This document shows positions 1 through 12,604 of a stretch of 64,000 bases of DNA, one piece after another. The DNA is taken from NCBI GenBank assembly GCA_964016885.1, contig OZ024747.1:77872001-77936000 (forward strand), given 5' to 3'. The DNA is from Eledone cirrhosa. Taxonomy: Eukaryota. The position numbers and the translations under genes were made by a program. How positions within the stretch are numbered: position 1 is the stretch's first letter; every line of letters starts with the position of its first letter. Under the pieces are notes generated by a model that searched no databases, was not told the origin of the DNA, and saw nothing but the letters and a program-made list of their open reading frames with translations.

Positions 1-169
1 CAAAAACCTAGCAAGTGAATGTCGGGAGATCACCTTCTGATGAGTTAAGTAGTACCATGTCATCTGCAAATTCCAACGGACTGATTTTACACCTGCCTGA
101 TTTTCAGACTACTTTCAACCCAGCTTGTTTGGAAAGTGTTTTTGTTGGCTTAAATTCTTTTTCTTCCAC

Positions 170-500
170 CTTTCTCTCCCTACCTTTTTCTCACTCAATC
201 ACTCCCTCTCTCTCTTTCTCTCACTCTCCGTCTCTCTCTCTTTCTCTCACTCTCCGTCTCTCTCTCACTCTCTTTCTCAGTCTCTCTCCCTCTCACTCAC
301 TCCCTCTCTCTCACACTCTCTCTCTTTCTCACAGTCTCTCTCACTCACTCCCTCTCTCTCTCTCACAGTCTCCCTCTCTCATTCACAGTCTCTGTCTCTC
401 TCACTCCCTCTCTCTCCCACAGTCTCTGTCTTTCTCACAGTCTCTGTCTCCCTCACTCCCTCTCCCACAGTCTCTGTCTCTCTCTCCCCCCTCTCTCTCA
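170..500. repeat. Degenerate (CT)n-rich microsatellite
   Basis: Continuous ctctct/ctcact units. Confidence 0.9.
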
Positions 501-1115
501 ATGGCTTGCTCAGTTGTGATTAATTAAGATTAGTAGTTAATGACAACCTTTGCCTCATTAGACATAGTTTTAATCACTGGAAGTTGTTGCCATAGAGATA
601 GCTTTGTTTTATCTTAAGTCATTTATCTTATTTGACTTCAAAGAGTGAAGAGGTGTGTGGGGGGGGGGGGGTGACAGTAACCCAGGTTACATATATTTCC
701 AGTATTTCTATTCTTTCCTCTCTGACAGTTTTGAGAGATTAAAATCTTGTCAAAATGAACTTTGTATTTCTTTTATTCTACCTATAGTGTGTATGTGGGG
801 GGGGGGGGTTAGTGTGTGTGTGGAGGGAGATGTGTTAGTGTGTGTATGAGTGGGAGATGTGTTAGTTAGTGTGTGTGTGGGTGCATTGGTGTGTGTATGT
901 GGGTGCGTTTGTGAGTGTGCATGTGCATATATTAGTGTGTGGCTGTGTGGTGCAGTAATTGAGTGACTAAAATAATGTTTGGTACAGGCTTGGCCCAAAT
1001 AAGCAAATGGGTTCTAGGCCCTCCCACCCCACAAATAATTGATCCTACCAAATAATTTTCTCTCACTAAAATAAGGAAATACACAAATATTTTCACTTTC
1101 TTTTCTCTTTTCCAG

Positions 1116-1267
1116 GAAGGTGGATGGCTATGGGTTTGAACGCTCAGACAGCTTCGACTATGGACTCAACAAGGAATTTATATCAACCTATAAACCCATC
1201 TTAGACCGACGAACCAAGCGATGGAGTGATAATGTTTCAAATTCAAAAATTCCTCACAACAGAAAAA
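1116..1267 (+). CDS. GRTP1: GRTP1-like coding exon (KVDGYGFERSDSFDY...IPHNRK)
   Basis: Polypyrimidine tract and ccag acceptor at 1112-1115; donor gtaatt at 1268; resembles GRTP1 IDPYGFERPEDFD. Confidence 0.9.
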
Positions 1268-1328
1268 GTAATTTTTATCTTTTTCTTTTGTTAGAATTAT
1301 TGATTATTTCAGGAATTGATCGATAAAA

Positions 1329-1630
1329 TCCCAGACCTCGTTCACTTACCGAGTGGGTGGAACTTGTCAACTCAGACCAAGGAAACAATGTTTCCATTGC
1401 TGATACTATCTACTAGTCATAGTTCCTGGCAGAAGAAGCAACATGAAATAAAGTGTCTTGCTCAAGGATTGATGAGATCCCAGACCTCGCTCACTTACCG
1501 AGTAGGGTGGAGCTCATCAAATCGGACCAAGGAAACAATGTTTCCATTGGTTTTTTTGATTGCTGATACTATCTACCAGCTGCAACTCCTGGCAGAAGAA
1601 GCAATATGAAATAAAGTGTCTTGCTCAAGG
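1329..1630. repeat. ~150 bp tandem duplication followed by SINE-like remnant
   Basis: cccagacctcg...gaccaaggaaacaatgtttccattg...atgaaataaagtgtcttgctcaagga occurs twice. Confidence 0.8.
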
Positions 1631-1907
1631 ACATAACACATCGTCTGGTCTGAGAAATGAACTCACAACCTCACAACTGAAAATCCAATTCTCTAATCAC
1701 TAAGCCATGTGCCTTAATTAAATATTATCATGTACCTATTGTTTACAAATTGGTTGAGTTCTTAGAGCATCTGATTAATTGCTTCTGTTTTTGTTCTGGA
1801 CCTACTTAGCCCTGAGTTCAAATCTCACTGAAGTCAACTTTGACTTTCATCCTTTTGAGATCAGTAAATATTGTATCAATCCAGGGGCTGGTGGTTTTGT
1901 AGAATCA

Positions 1908-2134
1908 TTAACCCTTTAGCATTTACATTATTCTATATATTCTATTGTATTTTTGTGGTAAAGGCTTTATCTTACAATTACCTCACATAATATTGAAGCT
2001 ATGAAATTTTGATATTACTTATTTTGAGAACAATACCTTAACATAAGTATGAGTAGCCAGTTACGACTGGTTTGAACAGAAAGAGGTGAGAGAATTCTGG
2101 CCAGATATGGCCAGTTTAAATGCTAAAGGGTTAA
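1908..2134. mobile_element. piggyBac-like MITE family A
   Basis: TTAA|CCCTTTAGCATTTA ... TAAATGCTAAAGGG|TTAA terminal inverted repeats with TTAA target duplication. Confidence 0.85.
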
Positions 2135-3017
2135 AGAGTCAAATGGAATGCCCTTGTCTTATCTGTTCCATCTCTGTATATTCTGAGTTCAAATCCTGCC
2201 TCCTGTCACTGGAAAAAGGGTGATGGTTCTGCCAGGAATTATGACCAACAGAGAGTATAACCCCACCCCCACCCAGCAGACTAGCCTCTCTGAGTAGTTA
2301 TTGGCCTAAAAAAGCAATAATGAATATTTTCAAATACCAATTGAAATATGTTCATAACTTGTACTCTGCTGTAAAAGGAAATAACAATTAGAAAAATAAA
2401 TAAACCCCAGAGATGGGTGTTGCCCATGGTTGTAAAAGTAATTTAGAATCTGTGGACTTCTTAGATGGGCCCCAGGTAACTTTACATCTATTAACACATT
2501 TTATTTAATTTTATACTCTTCTTTCCTGTTTTTCTCATACACAATTCTATATAACTTAACACTCCACTGTTTGTATTTTGTTCTTGTAACAAATAATCAT
2601 ATTTTTCTTTATTGTTTTCACAAATAAATTGGAATTTTTATCCTTAAATTCAGGTTACAACTAGTTTCTGTAGAGCTCAAGGATCTTTCTAAGGATTCTT
2701 GCTGTACTCGGCAGACTTTTGGATCAGCACTACATTTGTTGCTACTCCTTTGTCTTTCAGGAGTGTTTCTCTTCTGTTGATAAGTCTCTAAGACACCAGT
2801 AACAATATGTGGGGTGTGGAGTGGGAATACCTTTGTGGAGACAATTTATAATCTCCTTACTTCTCTAGCAAGATCCTGCTATTTTCAATATCTTCCTGCT
2901 CCATGTTGGTCAAGTTCATGTCAGCAGGAATGTCTATGTCAACAATTATACATACCTGTCACACACTGTCTATAATAACTGTCAGGTATTCTAGCCTGTA
3001 TTTTGTAGTCTGTTTAA

Positions 3018-3816
3018 ATAATTGTTTCTACTTTTGGCACAAGGCCAGCAATTATCCCAGTGTATTACTGGTACTTTATTTTATCGACCCTGTAAGGATG
3101 AAAGGCAAAGTTAACCTCGGCGGGATTTGAACTGAGACCGTAAAGGGGCGTAACTCTATGCTGCCATGCATGGCGTCTGACCCTCTACCGATACGTCTGT
3201 TTAAATAATTGTTTCTATTTTTGGCACAAGGCCAGCAATTACCCAGTGCATTACTGGTTTTATTTTATCGACCCCATAAAGATGAAAGGCAAAGTTAACC
3301 TTGGTGGGATTTGAACTCTGAATGGCAAGGGCTGTAACTCTATGCATCAAAGCATGGCGTCCGACCCTCTACCAATACTGCCAATCCACAACCTTAATAC
3401 GTAATACTATAATGACATGGCTTTTATTTATCTTGAAATACTTCACTCCTGTATATCAGGTGATAGCCTTAGTAAATATGATTTCTATGTTTAATTTCAG
3501 TTTGTTCAATTATTAGCAATTCTTTCTGTTTTGAAATGAATAAATGAAATTTACAGTTCACACCTATACAGAGTTCATTGACCTCCTGTGAGGTTGTATC
3601 TCAAGGGAGGGTTCTTGGGTGTTTTAATAATTGTTTCTACTTTTGGCACAAGACCAGCAATTATCCAGTGTATGACTGGTACTTTATTTTATCGACCCCA
3701 TAAGGATGAAAGGCAAAGTTAACCTCGGCGGGATTTGAACTCAGAATGGCAAGGGCCGTAACCCTATGCATCAAAGCATGGTGTCCGACCCTCTATCGAT
3801 ACTGCCAATCCACCGC
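3018..3816 (-). mobile_element. Three copies of a tRNA-derived SINE (about 3018-3195, 3205-3390, 3628-3816)
   Basis: Minus strand has A-box-like tggcagtatcgg, B-box gagttcaaatcc, core ctttgcctttcatccttayggggtcgataaaataaagtaccag and 3' end gtagaaacaatt. Confidence 0.85.
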
Positions 3817-4149
3817 CCCTCTGTTTTAATAATAATGCTGGGGATCTGTATCAAATACTCCATTTATCTGGTTTCTGTTTATCTTGAAATATATTTAGCT
3901 TGAAATATTTCACTCCTGTATTTACTAAATATACTTTCTATGTTTGATTTACACATTTTTCAGGATCAGTTAGAGCAGATTTATGCATGTCTGTTAGTAC
4001 ACCGTTACCTTTGTTGTTACAAATCATGCCTGAATAGGTTTAGCTACCCTTTCAGGCGGTTGTATCTAATAGGAGGTTTCTTGGTTTCTTGGTGGATTTA
4101 ATGATAAGGCTCCCAGTCCTCGACTGCTACTTTATTTATCTTCCTATAT

Positions 4150-4878
4150 GAGAAAGCTCCCAGTCTACACTGTAAGGTGATTGTGCTGTTGACACGAGAA
4201 AAAGCCCCCAGTCTACACTGTAAGGTGATTGTGCTGGTGACACGAGAAAAAGTCCCCAGTCTACACTGTAAGGTGGTTGTGCTGGTGACACGAGAAAAAG
4301 CCCCCAGTCTACACTGTAAGGTGATTGTGCTGGTGACACGAGAAAAAGCCCCCAGTCTACACTGTAAGGTGATTGTGCTGGTGACACGAGAAAAAGCCCC
4401 CAGTCTACACTGTGAGGTGATTGTGCTGGTGACACGAGAAAAAGCCTCCAGTCTACACTGTAAGGTGGTTGTGCTAGTGACACAAGAAAAAGCCCCCAGT
4501 CTAAATTGTAAGGTGATTGTGCTGGTGACACGAGAAAAAGCCCCCAGTCTACACTGTAAGGTGGTTGTGCTGGTGACACGAGAAAAAGCCCCCAGTCTAC
4601 ACTGTAAGGTGGTTGTGCTGGTGACACGAGAAAAAGCCCCCAGTCTACACTGTAAGGTGGTTGTGCTCGTGACACGAGAAAAAACCCCCAGTCTACACTG
4701 TAAGGTGGTTGTGCTGGTGACACGAGAAAAAGCCCCCAGTCTACACTGTAAGGTGGTTGTGCTAGTGACACGAGAAAAAGCCCCCAGTCTACACTGTAAA
4801 GTGGTTGTGCTAGTGACATGAGAAAAAGCCCCCAGTCTACACTGTAAGGTGGTTGTGCTGGTGACACGAGAAAAAGCA
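4150..4878. repeat. 48-bp minisatellite, about 15 copies
   Basis: Unit gaaaaagcccccagtctacactgtaaggtggttgtgctggtgacacga; 16-aa periodicity in the ORF track. Confidence 0.97.
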
Positions 4879-6080
4879 CTCAGTCCAATGATGATAGTGA
4901 TGGTGGTGGTATTGGTGGTTGTGGTGATGAGGATTATGGCTTGGAACCTACTTCCTTCTATAGTAACAGTTGGTAATAGTGGTATGATGATGATGGTGCT
5001 GGTGGTGATTGTGCAATGATGGTGATACTGTTGTTGAAGTCCCTAACAAAGTATGATACAAAGAAGGTGGAAAGGTTTCTATAAATTACTACAAATTATA
5101 TTTTTGTTTGTTTGTTTTTTCTTACACCTACCCCCTCCTCCTCCTTGACCCCCCCCCCCCCCCCTGTATTCTTTGTAGTTTCTTATCTGTCATGTACCAC
5201 AAGCTATCAACTGCCAAACTTCCAAATACTTTACTCTCATATCATTGGACTGTAAATCTTTCTTAAGTAGGACCTAACTACTCCCCACACCACCACCACC
5301 ACCACACTAATGGTTGGTTGTTTAATTTGTTTATTGTTGTTGTTTTACTTGTTTATAATGGACAATGAACATCTGCATTGCCAACACCTCCACTACCACC
5401 TCCACCATGGCAACTACCTTCATTGCCAACACCACTACAACCACCACTACCACCACCACCACCACTATCACCACTACCACCACCACCACTATCACCACCT
5501 CCACCACCACTATCATCACCACCACATACAGGCAGACAAATATGTCAATATATTGATAGACAGATAGATGGATAGTTAAGTTGCTATAAGTATATTTAAT
5601 GCAATGGACATTAAAAAAAGCTAATTATAAATAATTATGTGGTGAGGAAAAGATAATATTAATCAATGATTAATATTATTTTAATTATTCTGCCAAATAT
5701 GGGAGCCAGCTGTGGACAAGTGGCAGCTTGTAACAGCAGCACCATTCTTGTAGACTGTCAGAAAGTTGGTCGGCTTTGATAGTTGCCAGACCTGCTACTG
5801 TCACATTTGACAATGATTGATACCTAGATAGATAGTTTGATAGATAGATAGGTAGGTAGATAGATAGGTAGGTAATTAGGTAGATAGATAGATAGATATG
5901 TTTCTTTTATTTGCCACTAGGGCATCAAAAGTGGGACAAGTACAAAGGGGGGAGTTTACACAAAAAGGCGTCCTCAATAAGGAGGAGGCAATAACAAAAT
6001 ATAAAAATAAAATAAGATATAACAAAAAATAAAATTTAGATAGATAGATAGATAAATAGGTAGGTAGGTAGATAGATAAA

Positions 6081-8310
6081 TTTCTTTATTAGCCACAAGG
6101 GCACAAAAGAAGGGGACAAATACAAATGGGGAATTTACATACAGGTATATGAAAATAAAACTATTAATACAATAACAAATAACAATTGAAATCCACAATA
6201 GGAGGGAGGTGTTACATAGGGGTTGTACACACCCCAAAAAAATGTACAACCCTCATCTCCAGGAGCACCAAGAGTGAGTACTCCCTTCCTCTCTTCCTCT
6301 TTTTCCTCAACCTACAGGCTTATATAGAGAGAAGGCCCAACAACTCGGGCCATCTTTGCCACATTCACCCACCTTTTATAAAATTTGCTGGGGTACAGCA
6401 CCTTTCTCTCCATCCTGATTCTTCTTCCAAAATAATATTTGAAAAAACGAATCAGTTGCTCGCCGGAGAGAAAGGTGTCTGACCTCAGTCCTTTTAACCT
6501 CGTCCACCATATAACCTCTTTCACCATAGCCATAACACATAGGAAAACCGCCTCTCCCTCGTTTTTGAACATGGACTCGGTGGTCAACTGGATTGGTCCC
6601 ACCCGCGACAATAGTCTTCTACATAGCCCCACAGGTTGGTAACGCCCGGGCAGTGTACAAATGCGTGTGCGACGGTTTCCTGCGATGTGTCTGTAGAGCT
6701 TGTCTTGAACTAGTAGAGCTGCTCGGTAGCACTGCCAGGCCAGGGACTTTTGGAAGTTGTCCATTGGTCCCGGGCGGAAGGTCCTACCGAACAGACTGGC
6801 CAGTTCGTCCTCCTCTACACCTAGAGTTTCTCCGAGCGTGTCGTCGCACTTGCTGCGGACCAACCCTCTATAGATTGTCGAAGTGGAGTCTTCACTGATC
6901 GCCAGGTCCGTTTGCCAGAGGACTATGAGTGCCTGAGCACATTGGATATGCCAGTCGGCCATTTTCCTCAGTCTTTGCTTGACCCAGGACTGCAACTCGG
7001 TCAGTGAGACGAGTCGTGGGAAGGCTCGCCTCACGAACGGGGCCCACAGCGGTTGTCTGGTGAGGAATACGTGGAGGTGCCGCAGCCTGAGCACGTGTTT
7101 GCGCATCGTCAGCCACGGCCTCCCCAGCCCTCTGTTTGAAGGGTGTTGGCAGCAGATGGATCTTCTCACCAAAGGAGCCCGTTTCTTCCAAAGGAATTGG
7201 AAGAGCACACGCTTCATTTTGGTGAGCGTTTTGGCTGGACAAAGCACAACGGTCAAGCGGTAGTAGATGACGGACGCTATAAAAGTGTTCGCCACCTCCG
7301 CTCGACCTTTCAAGGATAGTTTGCACTCGGCCCACTTCTGTGTGAGCGCAAACACCTTGGCTGTCACCTCGTTCCAGTTCTTCTCCACCTGGAGGTCAGG
7401 ACCAAACCAGACCCCGAGCAGCTTTACTGGTCCTTCCGTCCAGCATCCGACGACGTCATCGGAAGGCATCGGTTTGCCTCTGCACATTCCGAGTTGCAAA
7501 CCGACGGATTTGTTCCAGTTCAGCTTCACTCCTGGGAACCTTTCGTATTCCTCCAGTAAGGTGCCGATCTCCCCGATTTGCGAGGTGCTCGACACCATTA
7601 CTGTCACGTCGTCGGCGTAGGCCGACGCCGCTTTTCGCAGTCCCGGTTCCAAACGGATGCCCTGCAATAGCTCCGACTTCCGCAGTAGTGGCTCGAGAGT
7701 CAGTACGTACAGAAGGGAGGAGAGAGGGCATCCCTGTCGGATGAATCGCGTGATATGGAACGGCTCCGAGAGGTAGCCATTCACCTTGACTCTTGAGCAG
7801 TTGTTGCTGTTGTGCATTGCATCAATCCAGCCCCTTAACACGGATCCGAAGCCTGCCGCCTCGAGCACCGCATCCAGGTAACGATGGTCAACCCTATCGA
7901 AAGCCTTAGACTGATCCAAGTTGATCAGGGCCCCACCGAAGCCAGATTTACACCCTACCCTCTCTATGATGTATCACATGAGGTGGAGGTTGTCGTGTAT
8001 GGACCTGGTCGGGATTGCGCATGTCTGCGCTTCTCTGACCAGGTTTTCGACGGCAAGCGCCAGCCTCTTTGCCAACACCTTGGCCAAAATCTGTAACTCT
8101 GTGTTGAGCAGAGTTATAGGCCAGAAGTTGCCTATGTCATCCCCCTTGTTCTCGTCCTTCCTGACTAATGTGATTACGCCCTTGGTCTCAGAACTGGGAA
8201 TTCTCCCGTTCTGCTGCCAGTTGCATTAGACCGCTTCCAGGAGACCAGAGAACAAGTCCGGCATTGCTGCGTAAAATTTGTAGGAGATTTGTGTTTGCCG
8301 CATTGGCTCA
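6081..8310 (-). mobile_element. 5'-truncated Tx1/L1-clade LINE (RT to 3' end), (TATC)n-tailed subfamily
   Basis: ORF 6312-7919 with DQSKAFD, RQGCPLS and AYADD; homologous to ORF2 at 59389; frameshifted; (TAGA)n on both flanks. Confidence 0.92.
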
Positions 8311-8812
8311 GATAGATAGGTAGGTAATTAGGTAGGTAGATAGATAGATAAATTTCTTTATTAGCTACAAGGGCACAAAAGAAGGGGCCAAATACAAATG
8401 GGGAGTTTACATACAGGTATATAGATAGATAAATAGGTAGGTAGGTAGATAGATAAATTTCTATTTATTGCCACGAGGGCACAAAAGAAGGGGACAAATA
8501 CAAGGGGGGGGGGAGTTTACACAAGAGAACGAGTAAAAGGCAAATAACAAATATAAAATTAACAATAAAGTCCTCAATAGGGAGGAGGTGTTTTGGGGTA
8601 GGTAGGTAGGTAGGTAGGTAGATAGATAGATAGATTTCTTTATTTGCCACAAGGGCGCACAAGAAAAGAGGACAATACAAAGACATGCCGAGGATTTTAC
8701 ATACAGTCGTGTAAAAAATATAAAGGTAGATAGATAGATAGTTTGATAGATAGATATATAGATAGATAGATAAATACATAGATAATTAGCTACCTAGCTG
8801 ATAGATAGATAT

Positions 8813-9746
8813 CTTTCTTTATTTGCCGCAGGGGCGTACAAAAATGGGACATTACAAGACGTGACGGCGGGGGTTTTACATAAAGATCATATAACTTTAA
8901 CATTAATAAATAACAATAAACTATATATAATGAAATAACAATTGAAGTCCCCAATAAGGGGTGGGGAACGTTACTGCAGGGTTGTTTTACACCCCGTGGA
9001 TAGAACAACCCTCAACACCAGGAACACGTTTTGTAGGTGTTCCCGTCTTGCCTCTTTTTATCTTCCTCAGCCTAAAGGTTTATATACAGAGAAGGCCCAT
9101 TCACTCGGGCCATTTTCACCACATTCACCCACCTTTCAGCGAATTTACTGGGGTGTAGCACCTCTCTCTCCACTCTCACCTTCCCTCTGAAGTGGTACTT
9201 AACGAAGGGGATGAGTTGTTGTCCGGAGAGAATGGTCTTTGCCCTCAGTCCTTTTAACCTCGTCCACCATATTACCTCTTTCGCCATAGCCACCAGACAG
9301 AGGAAAACCGCCTCTCCTTCATTCTTAAATGAAGGCGGCTGACAACTGGATGCGTCCCACACGTGACAGCAGCTGTTCGACATAATTCCACAGGTCGGTC
9401 ACCCCTGGGCACTGAACAATTGCGTGCAGAATGGTTTCGATGTCCTGCTTGCATCTTGGACAGGTCCTTTTGGCAAGATCTCTGCCAGGGCGTCCATGCC
9501 TGTAGATTTTGTCTCGAACTGGTAGGGCTCCTCAGTAGCACTGCCAGGCCAGAGACCTCTAGAAGTTATCCATAGGCCCTGGACAGAAAGTCAGTTCATC
9601 CTTCTTGAGGCCTAGAGTTTCCCCGAGAACATCGTCACACTTATCCTCCACCAATCCCCTATAGAATGTCGAAGTGGAGTCTCCGCTGATTGCCATTTCT
9701 GCCTGGTAGAGGGCTGTGAGTGCCTGAAGGCACTCGAGGTGCCAGA
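8813..9746 (-). mobile_element. Second 5'-truncated Tx1-like copy in (TAGA)n
   Basis: ORF2 C-terminal peptides (GEAVFLCLVAMAKEVIWWTRLKGL; GPMDNF) and 3' UTR ending aaataaagaaaga-tatctatc. Confidence 0.9.
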
Positions 9747-10604
9747 GACAAGCAGATAGATACATAGATAGGTAGATAGATAAGTAGACAGAGAAGCAGT
9801 AGAGAGATAGACAAACAGATAGGAAGATAGATAGATATGTTTCTTTATTTGCCACAAGGGTGCACAAGAAAAGGGGACAGTACAAGATGTGGCGGCGGGG
9901 GTTTTACATAAAAATTGTGTAAACTTTAACATTAATAGATTAAAATAGACTGTATTTAGATAGATAGGTAGGTAGATAGATAAACAAGGATATAGATATA
10001 TAGACAGATAGGGTGATAGCTAGATGGATAGATAGGCAAGCATGAAAATATACAGTGTGTGTGTGTGTGACAGACCATGTATTGTTTATGTGGTCAGACA
10101 ATATGTAATACCTTTGGCCTTACCTTGATAATTTAGAGCTAATATGGTAACGGTGCACTCTTATATTCCTATCTCCACTTGACCTTTCTTGTTACAAGGT
10201 GCCAAATGATTCTGCTGCATTTTTGACAAGAAAATTATAGTACATGAGATCTGAAATTCATGACATGCTTTTTATGGAGTGTATGTGTATATGTTACTAA
10301 TAAAAGCCACCAAATAACCTTTACGGTAGTATTGTTATAGTTTAGTTTATCATTTATAGTAATCATGGAAAAGTCATTTTAGCCATTCAGAATCACACAA
10401 ACACTATTAACTTTACATTATAATTATCATTTATGTTTTGGTGTCAAAATATTCATCATACAGTTTAGAATTATGCCAGTGAGCAGACACAAAAAACATG
10501 AAAATTTTGACATAAAAAATAAATGATAAATATAAAGTTAACTTAACAGTTTTGTGTGTTTTGAATGGTTAAAGTGATTTTTTTCACATTGTAATTGCAC
10601 GGGT

Positions 10605-11010
10605 AATAACCGAAAAAATACGATTGCAAATGCAAGCAACTGAAATGAGGTTCCTCCAAAGTGTCTTTGGAGTAATGTTACTCGATAGTGCATGGCTCAG
10701 AGATCAGAGAGTCACTCCAGGTAGAGCTACTATGTATTCAATTTGAGAGATCATAGCCTCTGCTATTACAAGCATGTGGTTAGAATGTCTGAGGAAAGAA
10801 TTGCTGGACAGATTTTATGGGCAAAACTCAGGAGACCCAGTGGTAGACCCTGAGCAAGATGGTTGGATAACATCCATGAGCTTGACTGGTCTCGCTTGGG
10901 AATCCAACCAGATCAATTGAAGATGGTTGCGTCTGACAGAACCCACTGGAAGGAGTGTTTGAGGACTCTTCCCCCATGACCCTCTTAAGAATAAGTGAGC
11001 GAAGAAGAAG
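10605..11010 (+). mobile_element. Decayed RTE-type LINE 3' fragment, (GAA)n tail
   Basis: QATEMRFLQ-like remnant; homologous to 37708-38185 on the opposite strand. Confidence 0.7.
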
Positions 11011-11598
11011 AAATAATTGCTTTAGTTTTAATGTAGTCTCAGGTGTAATTTACCAATTTACCACACAAGAACAACTACAAAATTTATAGTAATTTTTCAA
11101 GAAAACTATTTTGCCTGTCTGTCTTATCACAGATGTTGTTCTCTGTCCTTAGTCAAGATAATTAACTCTCTCAATGGAGAAGTACACTGAACTGAAAATG
11201 GAAGTACTGTTGTTGTAGTGGAGCTCTGAATGAGCAGACCTCATATGATCAAAGACATTCCCCACTGTGACCTGACTTTCTTTATTTCAGGCAGTGCATC
11301 CAAGATTATGTTGCTAAATGTGTTAAATACTTCTCTTGATTTGGGGACAGAATGGTTAATATTGGGACAACATCCCCTTGATTACAGAATGGGAGTTGGG
11401 GTGGGAAACATTGAATCTAGCACCACTTTATTTAATATTGGGACAAATATTTCCCTTGATTATGTAACAGATTGGAGCTGGGAAGTGAAATATTAAATGT
11501 GGCCCTATTTCGTTTTTTAAATATTTTGATATGAATTTTTTTTTTTTTTACTGTCAAACTTTTAAGTCTAATTTAATGTTATTTCTCACCTATTTCAG

Positions 11599-11645
11599 TA
11601 AAACGCTTTTGTCGGAAAGGTATACCAAATGAATATCGGTCAGCA
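11599..11645 (+). CDS. GRTP1: GRTP1-like coding exon (IKRFCRKGIPNEYRSA)
   Basis: tttcag acceptor, gtaagt donor, TBC motif RKGIP, phase matches previous exon. Confidence 0.92.
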
Positions 11646-12604
11646 GTAAGTATAAAGTTGTTAAAGCAACAATCCAAACATAGAACACATTTCTAATATA
11701 CTTTTTATGTTAGGAAGGGCATCCAGCTGTAGAAACCAAGCCAGAAATGGTTCTGTGTGAGCAAGACACAGTCATCTGATCTGACTTGTCTCACAACGGG
11801 ACAGCTTGTCAAACCCATGCTAACATGGAAAATGGACATTAAACAGTGATGATGCTGATGTTTTCAAATGAAATATATAATTAAATGCTGAAAGTTTAAA
11901 GATTACAGTAATAGTTCGTTTTATTACTAAGTACTAGAATTTATACACCTATGTGACACCTTAGGCAAGTTTCTTCTACCATAGTCTCAGGTTGACTTAG
12001 ACCTTGTCAGTGAAGTTTTGTAGATGGAAACTATGTGAAAGCCCATTGGTGGAGACATCCATGCTCTTTGATAACAGGTTATCCAGTTTATATAGGATTG
12101 ACAAGAAATAATAAAGATAAAACTTGTGTGTGTATACATGTGAGTGTAAGGTGGTATAAAAGTTGTATGTATTTGTGTGTGCATGCATCTGTATGTGTGG
12201 AGTGTTTCTGTGATAGGGGAAGTTTTGTAATGGTCCAATATGAGATTGGTTATATAATTAGTAAGTTAATTCTGTAGATTAAAGATAAGAAGATGGTCGA
12301 CATAACTGAGAGATACAAACAACAAAAGCAATGATTTGTTATAACCATCTAAGACATTATATAAACATGATGGTCCTTAGAAAGAGAACTTGTTTAATTT
12401 AGTTAACCTTTTCATCACCATGTTTCTAATGAAAGACATTGTCTATGATTTTCAAATAATTATCAAAATTATCAAAAATTTAGAAGGATTTAGTAATAAA
12501 CTAAGTTTCTTGTCATTAAATTGGTATTTGGAACATAACTTATAAAGGTTCTTCTATAAAATTATAATTAAAGCACACATTTCTAATGAGTCAGTCATGG
12601 AAAG

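Noticed and set aside
15-527. Ser/Leu-rich ORFs
   Set aside because: Translation of a (CT)n tract.
4136-4879. 247-aa and 214-aa repetitive ORFs; CRISPR-like look
   Set aside because: By-products of a 48-bp tandem repeat; no unique spacers and eukaryotic context.
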